Shown in pieces: positions 46,716 through 58,200 of a stretch of 64,000 nt of DNA. Numbering within the stretch: position 1 is the first letter of the stretch; the number at the start of each line of letters is the position of its first letter. The notes under the pieces are model-generated. The model worked only from the letters and a program-made list of their open reading frames with translations. It was not told where the DNA came from and did no database searches. The translations under genes were made by a program, and so were the position numbers. Source of the DNA: Azolla caroliniana (taxonomy: Eukaryota; Plantae; Polypodiophyta); the NCBI GenBank assembly GCA_043228905.1, contig JBHGNT010000013.1:2976001-3040000 (forward strand), given 5' to 3'.

Positions 46716-49700
46716 TGACGGGAACTCAACGCTCCTTATGCACAACACTCGACCACAACCGAGCTTAGAATCATACACAGAAAACAGGAAACGGAAAAAA
46801 CACGCAACACAAAGGAGAAGAAAAATGTACACAGGATGTTTACGTGGAAAACCCAAACTAAGGGAAAAACCATGGCAGCCCACAAGCTGCAAACTATCAC
46901 TATGTTAGAATGTACAACAGTGAGTTCACGGAGGCAACGACCTCGTGCTTACGATCTTCGCCACAGGCGGCGGTTACAACAGAGGCAACAACCTCTTTCT
47001 CTCTCTCTGTACACTGTTACGCGCTCTATCTTCTTCTTGCACAAACAAGAATAACAACAGTAACTATAAGTTTGCCCTAAGTCATATTTATACTAATATG
47101 ACTTTTCGGTTATTTACAAATATAGCCTCGATGGACTCTCAAAAACATATTTATGAATATGTCTCTTCATCCGGTGAGCATTCCTCACTGGGTCTGCACC
47201 ATCCGACTCTCCGTACCCGGGTACTCCTCATCCGGTTCTCACCGGGTCTGCACCATCCGGCTCTCCGTACCCGGGTACTCCTCATCCGGTTCTCACCGGG
47301 TCTGCACCATCCGGAGGGACCTATCTCCCAACAAACTCCCCCTTCACTCCGGCATGGGGTGTCTTACTAGTCCGATCCTCTTCCGGCATGCATCCAGCTT
47401 GTCGGGTATCAGAACTTTGGTCAGCATATATGACCCATTCTCGGCCGTGTGGATCTTCGTCAGCGCGAACTCTTGGTCATCTACTCTTTCCCGGATCCAG
47501 TGATACCTTCGCTGGATATGCTTCGTCCGGGAATGGTAGGCCGCATTCTTAGCAAGGTGGATGGCACTTTGATTGTCACAATAGAGTCAGTATTCATCTT
47601 GCCGGATACCGAGCTCTCCGATGAAGTCCTTCATCCATAATATTTCCTTGCCGGCTTCCACAACTGCCATGTACTCCGCCTCCGTGGTTGACAATGCAAC
47701 CGTCTTCTACAACCTCGACTGCCACGAAACAGCTCCCCCTGCATATGTCATTACATACCCGGATGTAGACCGGCTGGTATCCACATCAGCCGACATGTCC
47801 GAATCGGTGAAACTGTCAAGTTGAGGTTTTCCGGAGCCGAATCGGAGACACATATTTGTAGTGCCCTTCAAATACCGAAGTATCCATTTGACCACGTTCC
47901 AGTGCTCCTTGCCGGGATTGCTCATAAACCGGCTCACCACTCCGACTGCGTATCCTATATCTGGTCGGGTACACACCATTGTGTACATCAAGCTCCCGAC
48001 GGCAGAGGCATATGGAATCTTCATCATATCCTCCTTCTCTGCTTTCGTCTTCGGGCTTTGCTTACCGGATAGTCTGCAGTTTGCCGGAAGTGTCGATCCG
48101 ACCGGTTTCGCATCTGACATGTTGAACCGGTGAAGCACCTTTGTCACGTACTTCTCTTGTGACATCCATAATTGCTTCTTTGACCGGTCCTGAATGATGT
48201 GCATCCCTAGCATCTGTCTTGTCGGACCCAAGTCTTTCATTGAGAAGGTCCGATTGAGAGCCTTCTTCAGCATCCGTATTTGACTTGGTCCCGTCCGACG
48301 ATCAACATGTCATCCACGTACAGAAGGAGTATCAGGAAGTCGCCTCCTTCGAACTTCTTCACAAACACGCAGTGATCGGCGTGCGTCTTGTGGTACCCTT
48401 GATCGGCCATGAAGGAGTCGAACTTCCGGTACCATTGCCGAGGGGCTTGCTTCAGTATGTACAGGCTCTTCTTCAACCGGCATACCAGGTGCTCCTTCCC
48501 TTTCTCCACGAATCCTTCCGGTTGCTGCATGTAGATCTCCTCTTCGAGGTCGCCGTGATGGAATGCCGTCTTCACGTCCAGCTGCTCTACCTCGAGGTCC
48601 ATGCTTGTTGCTATACTCAGCACAGTCCGGATGGAGGTCATCTTTACTACCGGAGCAAATATCTCGTCAAAGTCCACACCCTTTTTCTGCTGGAACCCCT
48701 TCACCACGATCCTGGTTTTGTATCTCGGGGGGTTGTCGGCATCCCCCGGTTTCAACTTGTACACCCACTTATTTCGGAGTGCCCACTTTCCTTTCGGCAA
48801 CTCCACCAATTCGTACGTATGGTTCTCATGCAGGGAATCCATCTCATCCTGCATGGCACTTAACTATTTTCGGTTGTGGGTGTCATCCTTCGCTTCTTCA
48901 AAGCTTTCTGGCTCCCCCTCATCGGTCAGCAGAACATGCTCTGCATCCGGAAATCTCCGGGGGGGCCTTCTCTCTCTGAGAGGATATCTCCGTCTTCGGG
49001 CTTCGGGCTTCGGTAACCGGCTCCTCCATTTTCTCTTCATCCGAATCCGATTCGGGGTCTTGGCCGGTTCCGGATTCGGCTTCCTCTACTTCTTCTTCAG
49101 CCTGTTTGATATCCTCACCGTATCCGGCTGGTTCTTCAAGTGCTAACCGGTCTCTCGCCGGTTGGGTCTGCTCATCGTAGAATCGGTCCTTACCGGTCGA
49201 CTTGGAGTTCATTATCTTCTTCTCCGACTCCCTGTCGGCGAGCGTCTTGTCCTCCATGAAGATAATATCTCGACTCCGGAATACCTTCTTGTCGACCAAG
49301 TCCCACACTCGGTAGCCGAACTCATCGTCACCGTAACCGAGGAATATGCATGGCCGGGTCTTTGGATCTAACTTTCCTCTCCGGTCCTTAGCTACATGCA
49401 CGTACGCGAGACACTCGAACACCTTCAGATACCGGTAGGATACTTCCTTACCGGTCCACACTCTCTATGGCGTGTCTCCGTCCAAGGGTACTGAGGGTGA
49501 TCTATTTATCACATATGTCGCCGTCGACAGTGCCTCAGCCCAAAACTTCTTGGGTAGTTTTGCATGCGCTAGCATACTCCGGACCCTCTCCATTATGGTT
49601 TGGTTCATCCTCTCGGCTAGTCCGTTTAGTTCCGGTGTCTTCGGCACGGTAAATTCGAGCCGGATTCCCTTCAAGCGGCAGTACTCCTCGAACTGCCCCC

Positions 49701-52114
49701 GGTATTCTCCTCCGTTATCTGCTCGAACTGCCTTCAGCTTCCGGCCGGTTTCTCTTTCCACTCTCGCGTGGAGGTCTCTGAAGACGGATAGCACCTGATC
49801 CTTCGTCTTCAACGGTGTGGCCCACAGCTTCCGGCTGTGGTCATCTATGAACGTCACGAAGTACTGTGCTCCGGCATGTGACTTCGTGTCTACTTGACAC
49901 ACATCCGTATGCACCAACTCCAGTGGTGCATTACGTCTCATCGGTGGCCTTGGTCGGAAGGAGGTCCGGTTTTGCTTACCGGCCAGACAATCAGTGCACT
50001 TCTCCAAGTGCATGTTCTTCACTGGAATGAGGTTGTCGTCTACAAGCCTCTTCATCCCCTTCTCGCTCATATGACACAGCCTCTTGGGCCACAGCTCACC
50101 GGTAGTGTCAGATGCCACATTCACTTCTTCCGGACATAACCGGGCATTCATCAAGTACAGTGTGTTGACCTTCTAGGCCCGAGCCACAATTAGGCTCCCT
50201 TTGCTGAACTTCATGACACCGTTCCGGATGCTACCCGTGTAGCCTTCATCATCTAGCCGACCGGCTGATATCAGGTTCAGTTGAACCTCCGAAACGTGTC
50301 GGACATCCTTCAGCAGCAACTTGCATCCGGTTGGTGTTGTCAGCCACACGTCTCCTATGCCGACAATTCGGCATGTACCTTCATTCCCCATCCGGACACA
50401 GCCGTGATCACCGACTGAGTAGGATGAGAAGCATTTTCGGTCCGGGGTAAGGTGGAACGACGCTCCGGAGTCTACCACCCAGGTCATCTCGTCGCCGGAA
50501 AGGTTTATCTCACTCTCCTCGGTGATGAGCATCAACTCTTCTTCACTTGCCGCGATTGCCATCGTTCCCTTCCGGTCCGTTCCCCTCCGGTCTTTACCGT
50601 TCCGGTCCGGGGTCCGCTTCGAATCGGTACCGTCGGTTTCCTTGTCTTTACAGAAATGTCGACAGTTCTTTTGGAAGTGTCCCGGCTTGCCGCAATAGAA
50701 GCAAGTAGGCCTCCCCCTTGACTTTGACCGTGTCCCCGATTTCTCCCGGTTCTGGGGACTACGGTTTCTCTGTCTTCCGCGTTCCGATTCGGTAAGGAGC
50801 GCTTTGGAGTCGGAGCTCGTATCTTTATCTTTCCGACGCGCCTCCTCATCTAGCAAGCTCGACTTTACTCTTGCTAGGGATAACCGCTTTCCTTCCGGCC
50901 CGGCGTTGCCCAAAGTGACAACCAACGTCTCCCAGCTATTCGGGAGGGAACCGAGCAGGAGTAGCGCTAGTACCTCGTCGGCGAGAGGTACTTCCAATGA
51001 TGTTGCCTGGTGGATCAGCCCCTGGAAGGCATTCATGTGCTCTGCCATGCTGGAGCCATCTTGGTACCGGAGTCTTACTAGCTTCCGGAATACCGAAACC
51101 TGATTAACAGCATTTTTGTTTTGAAACATTATGCCGATCTTCTCCTAGAGCTCATGAGCCTTGCTCTCTTCATTGAAGTTGTTGTATAGGCTCATGTCGA
51201 TGAAGCACCGTATGTACGTCGTTGTCTTCATGTGCAGCACCTCCCATATCGCGGCGTCGATTTTGTCCGGTCTCTTGTCCCCGAACTGAACCGGCAGCTA
51301 GAGCTCTTTAACCACGAGCATGTCCCTCATATTCGACTTCCACACTGAATAGTTGGAGCCGGTGAGCTTTAACATGCCGCCAAACAATTCGTCCATTTTC
51401 TGTATCATTTCGCTTTGATACCACTTGACGGGAACTCAACGCTCCTTATGCACAACGCTCGGCCACAACCGAGCTTAGAATCATACACAGAAAACAGGAA
51501 ACGGAAAAAACACGCAACACAAAGGAGAAGAAAAATGTACACAGGATGTTTACGTGGAAAACCCAAACTAAGGGAAAAACCATGGCAGCCCACAAGCTGC
51601 AAACTATCACTATGTTAGAATGTACAACAGTGAGTTCACGGAGGCAACGACCTCGTGCTCACGATCTTCGCCACAGGCGGCAGTTACAACAGAGGCAACG
51701 ACCTCTTTCTCTCTCTCTCTCTCTCTCTCTCTGTACACTGTTACGCGCTCTATCTTCTTCTTGCACAAACAAGAATAACAACAACAGTAACTATAAGTTT
51801 GCCCTAAGTCATATTTATACTAATATGACTTTTCGGCTATTTACAAATATAGCCTCGATGGACTCTCAGAAACATATTTATGAATATGTCTCTTCATCCG
51901 GTGAGCATTCCTCACCGGGTCTGCACCATCCGGCTCTCCGTAGCCAGGTACTCCTCATCCAGTTCTCACCGGGTCTGCACCATCCGGCTCTCCGTAGCCG
52001 GGTACTCCTCATCCGGTTCTCACCGGGTTTGCACCATCCGGCTCTCCGTACCCGGGTACTCCTCATCCGGTTCTCACCGGGTCTGCACCATCCGGAGGGA
52101 CCTGTCTCCCAACA
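46716..52114 (-). mobile_element. Ty1/copia G (close relative of C), full length, nested in F integrase
   Basis: LTRs 52114-51426 and 47333-46716, exact TSD TCACT, PBS TGGTATCAAAGC, PPT GAAGGGGGAG. Confidence 0.96.
47345..51396 (-). pseudogene. copia G gag-pol polyprotein (a few stops/frameshifts)
   Basis: ORFs 50173-51129, 49465-50154, 48919-49461, 48267-48854 and 47707-48273, collinear with and highly similar to copia C. Confidence 0.95.
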
Positions 52115-54084
52115 TCACTCTTCTTCTTCATTGGGTATATCCACGCATAACGCGAGTGGTCGTCGATGATGGTGACGTAGTAGTGGCATCCGCCAAGCGT
52201 TGGCGTTTGAGCCGGTCCCCATACGTCCGAGTGGATTATGTCAAGGAGGCCTTTGCTTGCGGAGCTCTCCTTCGGGAATGGGAGTCGATGTTGTTTGCCG
52301 AGTTGGCATGCTTCGCACACTCGGTCGACTCGTTTCGATTTGAAGCCCGGAAGTCCGATTACGACTCCCTTTGATTGCATTCCGCGAAGCCGTTGGAGGT
52401 TTACATGGCCGATTCGCTTGTGCCACAACTCGATGTTTGTCTCGGTCTTGAGACCTTTGGCGTACATTGCCGATTTTACCTCGTTCGAGCCGAGGATGAA
52501 CAAGTGACCATCTCTCCGTCCCTTGGCTATGAGTCGGCCGTCTTTCTCGCTGAAGCAACCTTCATTGTTGAAGTGGACTTGCATGCCTTGCTCCACGATT
52601 TGGCCGACCGAGACCAAATTCTTTTTTATTGTGGGCACGTGCAAGACATTCTTGATGCAGGTTTGCTCACCTTCTTTCCCAAATGGGACATCGCCGATGT
52701 GCCGAATGGGATGCGGAGTGTCGTCTCCAGTCTCTATGTAGCCGGGTCGATCCGGCGTTCGCAAGTCGCAAAACCACTCTTGGTGCGACATCATGTGGTG
52801 CGAGGCGCCAGAGTCTACGAACCACGCGTGTTCGGAGTTGGAGGTGCTTGCGGAGTTTGCGGGATCGGAGGCCATCATAGAGTTCTCTCTATGCCTCATC
52901 ACGAAGAGTCCGTCGTAGTCCGCGTATTCCGCGTTCTAATTTGTGAGTTGCTGGCTTGTTGAAGCCGACTCGCTTTGTCTTTTTCAGCACTCCTCTTCGC
53001 GATGGCCGATTTTGCCGCAATAATTGCACGTAGGTGGCGTCGTTCGTCGACCTTGTTCAGCGTGGAAGCTCCCCCTTCTTGTGAAGGTTCCTCGATGGTT
53101 TCCGTTTCCTTGCTGGAATTGTGAATTCCCTTCGTGAGATAGGTCGAATTGACCTCTTCCGCTTCGACCTCGTCTTTCGGCACCATCCGTATTGGACAAG
53201 AGCATTTGTCCTTCCAATGTGTTGGTCTTTGATTGAATGTGGTTTTCTTCGACCAATAGCATTTATTGGAGGTTGAAGAACGAGGGAGGGGTATCTCTCG
53301 CCAAGATTGTCGTTCTCAACAGGTTGAATCGTTGTGCGAGGCCGCCCAAGCATACTTGCACCATCTCGTCTTCATCGATATTGACATTGATGGAGCCAAA
53401 CGAGTCGCAAATGCTCTTGATCTTGGCAGTGCAGTCCGTCACGGACATTTCTTTTTGTCGTATGTTGTTCAACTCTTGCCGGAGTTGAAGCTTGCGCACG
53501 GATGTGTCCGCAGCGAAAATCTTCTTGAGATTTTCCCACGCCTCTTTGGGTGTCTTGGCGTCACGAATGTGGCTAAGCATGTGGTTGTTTACACATGTTT
53601 CCAAGCAATACATTACCCGACTCGCGCCTTGCTCCCATGTTGGGTAGTTGGCGTGTGTGGTTTCGGGTTTGTCTTCTTGTGCGCCGTTGATGTAGCTCCA
53701 ATACCCTTGGCCGACAAGGTATTGATTCATCTTGTACTCCCAAGATGAATAGTTGCTTCGGTCTAGCTTTTCGCTAGGGAGTGAGCTTCCCATTTGTGTG
53801 TTCATGTTGATTGTTGTGTCTTCCGTTTTGTTTTTCTTCTCTTGGTCGCATACACGTCCTTCGTAGCAGCACTACGGTAGCGGATAGCGAATAGCCGGGA
53901 TTTGTTGTCGGCGTCTCGAACACACAATCACGAATAAGTGGTGGGCTTAGTGGATTTCCTAAACCACGCGCTCTGATACCATGTTAAGTAATTAGGTAAT
54001 TAACTAGGGTTAATTAGAGAATAATTATATGGTTACGTTAAGCAACGGAAGATTAGTATGATATGCACGTGAGAGTGTGTGAGA

Positions 54085-54122
<38 letters not shown>

Positions 54123-54631
54123 GTTACACTTATGAACACGAAGATAAATGGGGGATGATTGACTATATTGAAAAGTGTCATCAACATACAAAAATACCCA
54201 CAACGAGGTATATATACAACCCATGTGCAAAGGTGCACATGTGTGGGTAGAACATAGGTACTTATGTGTAAGTCCTACATTAAATGTACTAAGGAGTGGA
54301 GGATCTAGAATATCCCACTTAAGTACAAGGTCCTATTTAAAGGCTTAAGGTCAACACATTAACTAGATTCAATCTATGTAACTACTAAGTTACATGTGTT
54401 GACTAACTAGATTAAACTAGTTGAGCTTGATATCTCAACAAAGATATACATAACACGATTATGTACTTGGATGTGTTGGTTACAATATAACACTTTACTA
54501 GAATACAAGAGGTCAAGAGTTCAAATCTTGACATAATTGTTGTCACGTTTGTTACATTATCCTCCTCTTTACGACTACCTTTTCGAAAGCACGGTGTAGG
54601 GGTGACCGGGAAGTGGTGGGTGTGAGAAATC

Positions 54632-55258
54632 ATGTGTTGTCCTCACTGGAAACATGAACACCAACGGATGTGAGTGACCATGTGCGGCCCTCACCATGAA
54701 CACGAACACAAACTGACGTGAGTGACCATGCGGTCTTCACCGAGAACTAGAACTGGAACACAAACGGGCATGACCGGCCATGTGTGGTCCTCGTCGGAAA
54801 CTGGAACACGAATACCAATGGGTGTGAGTGACCATGTGCAGTCCTCACGAGGAACACGAACACCAGCAGGCATGAGAGACCATGTCAGTCCTCGCCGAGA
54901 GTTGGAACACAAACACCAACGAGCGTGAGCGACCATGTGTGATCCTCATCGGGAACTGGAACATGAACAACAACAGGCATGAGTGGCCATGTCGGTACTC
55001 ATCGAGATCTGGAACACGAACAATAGCTGGAGTGAGCGACAATGTGCGGTCCTCACCGAAGACTGGAACGCGAATATCAACAGGGGCCAACGGGCATGAG
55101 TGACCATGTGCGGCCCTCACATGGAACACAAACACCAACGAGCATGAGAGACCATGTCGGTTCTCGCCGTGAATTGGAACACGAACACCAACGGGCGTGA
55201 GCGACCATGTGTGGTCCTCACTGGGAACTGGAACATGAATAGCAATGGGCATGAGCGA
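54632..55258. repeat. ~50-54-bp degenerate tandem repeat (~12 units) inside element E
   Basis: CATGTGCGGTCCTCA..GGAACTGGAACACGAACACCAACGGGC(A/G)TGAG units. Confidence 0.9.
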
Positions 55259-58200
55259 CCCTTCAAAGGGACTAAGGAGGTTACAAGAATGTATATTGTG
55301 AGTTGACGTAAATGCATTAGAATATTCTTGAGAATATTTTGGAGAATATTCTAGAACCTTCTAGTTCTAGAACTTTCTAAAAACTCCTAGAACGTGAATA
55401 GATCATCTATGAAGATATACATAACACAATTATGTACTTGGATGTGTTGGTTACAATATAACACTTAACTATAATACAAGAGGTCAAGACTTCAAATCTT
55501 GACATAACTATTGTCGTGTCTGTGACACTACACCCTCCTCCTCCTCCTTGAAACGGGATCACTTCCCATTGAGATCGTGGTCGTGGAGAGGGTTGTTGAA
55601 TACATGCTTAAGGTTCAAAACAGACCCTCACATCGACCTCCTCCTAGAATTGCATGGGAAGCAAGCAAAAAGACACATAAAAGCAAAAAATTTATGTTCT
55701 AGTTGGATGCAAGATAAAGAAAAATGGTTTGGTAGATGGGATGCGAGACACTTGCTTCATGATGCATCACTAGATTCCTCTATAAATGAGGCCTTTTTGC
55801 AACGCCAATGCATCATGACATGGGACAAATGTGGAGGCTCACGCTTCACATATTATACTACACATGTTGCACCTAACCACAAAACCATATTCTTTGCGGA
55901 ACGAAGAAACACATCAATACATGTTAGAACCCATTCCGTTATCTGCCATTCGAACCATTGCTTCCATGCGACTTAGCTCACGTGCATTGCAATGTGAGAC
56001 AGGCGTTGGGGGACAAGTGATGAGAGTGGTCGGCTATGCACAATTTTCCCTAAATAAGTTCGCGAGTCTGAGTATCACACTTTGATATAATGCTCTGCCT
56101 TTTATTATATTCGACCATGCTTTCCACATCTCTTCGACCGAGCCCAATCCTTGCATGAATTTCTCTCACAACCACAATGTGCACTCTCGATTGCACATTC
56201 ATTGGTAAAGTTCTTGAACATCGAGAGTCACTACTCACTTTCACACGTATCACGTGAAATGTAATATTTTTGGTCTCATAGGTCATATTTGACCTCCGAA
56301 AACAATAATATAATTTATTTATCTATCTATCTATCTCTCATGCACACATGTATGCATTCCTGAACAATTGATCTAATTTCCACACTTCTGCATACTCCAT
56401 ATTCTACTGTCATCAATATGTAATGGGGCGAAACCATGTGTTCATCAAATAATGAGGCAAGGGTATAAATAAGACAGAGCTATAATCAAGAGAAAGAAGG
56501 CTCTTGTGAAAAAAACCACTTCACCCACACTATCTTTTGCCACATATTGGATGATGTGTTGGTTTGATGAGGGTTGCTTCGACCCCCCCCCCCCCCCAAA
56601 GTTAAAAATTGGCCATAGCTTGGGGTAGAAGCTAAATCAGCCCTAGCTAAGGCCAAAGTCTTAAATTTCCCTAGCCATTCGAGCAAAAGAGAGTGAGGGT
56701 GCGGATAAATAGGAGTGTTATTGTATATTGTGTAACTTGTAGAAATAACTTGTTGCTTCTACAAGCTTGAGCCTTGTTAATAATGCTATTTCTCACCCCA
56801 AACTTAGGCTCAATCACAAGCCTAAGTACCTCGTTTCACCCATTTCCCCTACCTATCCTTCTTCCCCCTATCACTTCCCCTCAGTAAACATTGTGTTCCC
56901 AAAATACCCTCCCCATTTTAATGAAAACACAAATGCCTAAACTACCTCCATACAAAAAATACATATTCTTAAACTACCATTCCCCCTACCTTTGAAGGTT
57001 TCCACGTTATTACTTTCCCCAAAAGACAAATATATACACAGAAACATTTCCCCATACAAACGTAAACACGCATATACATATTTACATACATATATCAACA
57101 CACCATCAAACAATTGTACACATTCACATGTAACAACATACACGCACTCACACACATGCACTAGAATGCAAACCAAACATGCACACACATGTCATATTCA
57201 CATATTACATGTGGAGATTGAAGCACATACACATGCAAATGTGCACACATATGAAAATGCAATAAATCATGCACACGCATGTAAATTTATGCACATTTGC
57301 AAGTATTTATATACGCAAACACCATTATACACATTTGCGTGTGATGTGAGTGCAAGTATTTATATGCTACATAATTCAAGTGCATGTATACTTTATCCAC
57401 CCTCATGCACAAACAAATAAAATCACACATGCAAATATAATTACAAAACCTAGATAGAAACAAGGTACATGATAGTCTCCCATAGATCTATGTAAACAAA
57501 GACCTCAAACCAATCTTCCTTGGTTTTGGGCCTTTGTAGTCCCCCCTCATATCTTTCACATCCTTGTCATGGATTCACGTGACACAAAGCCAACACCATT
57601 AAGGCGTAGACACAACCTTAGTCAAACGTCATATTGTCTTATACCCTTAGGTAAATGCCATATTGTCTTATGAGGTTAGGATACTATTGTCGGTATTCTG
57701 TATAGGTTACATAGGTCGATCAATTATGGTGACCATCTACATACCATTGAAGTGTGTATTAGTTAGCTATAATTACTTAAAGTTTACTTATTTGCCCATA
57801 ATCAACAATGAAAAAGCTTTATTCAACTATATTACAAGAAAAAAATCATGCAATAGGTTTCTTTTTTCTTTTTGTTACACCGTGCGATAGTTATACATGG
57901 TTGGTGAGTAGCTATCTTGTCGTTTGGTTTTAATTTTCTAAACATTGGTCGACAAACCAATGGTAACTTTCAGCCTAAAAATTGCAGCTGCCTTATTTAA
58001 GGAGCATTTACCTCCTATTAAACACCCTATGGCCTTATGACCATCAACACACCTGCAAGGAAAAGCCAATAACTAACCATCTACACACCTGCTAGAAAAG
58101 CCCAATAATTAATGATCAATAAACTCTTGTTATACTTTTGTAATCTATAAAGTTGCATGTTTTATTGTATCATCATCTTGGTTTCATTGCTTTACAATAG

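Larger units (their letters stand above)
44914..54440 (-). mobile_element. Ty1/copia F (B-related), lacking RT/RNase H; host of copia G
   Basis: LTRs 54440-53982 and 45395-44914, TSD AAGAT, PBS at 53981-53970. gag 53805-52900, PR (WFVDSGASHH), IN 52400-52120 + 46710-45700. Confidence 0.95.
44618..55527 (-). mobile_element. TRIM-like non-coding LTR element E (host of copia F)
   Basis: Termini TGTCAC..GTGACA, exact TSD CTACA. LTR 44618-44913 + 54446-54556, partial LTR ~55259-55527, PPT complement TTATCCTCCTCTTT at 54557. Interior is only tandem repeats. Confidence 0.8.
41290..56340 (+). mobile_element. RTEX-like non-LTR retrotransposon (APE-RT-Cys/His), degenerate, split by nested insertions
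   Basis: APE (FWNCNG, LVETW, GGVA, FGDMN, SDH) 41315-42120. RT (GVKQG.PLSP.LF, LYEDD, FKYLG) 42700-44617. C-terminus RLSS.ALQCETG..EYHTL 55533-56100. Simple-repeat tail at ~56300-56340. Confidence 0.85.

Noticed and set aside
54632-55258. Repeat-encoded ORFs or CRISPR in element E
   Set aside because: Degenerate tandem repeat; ORFs occur in several frames and have no domain signature.
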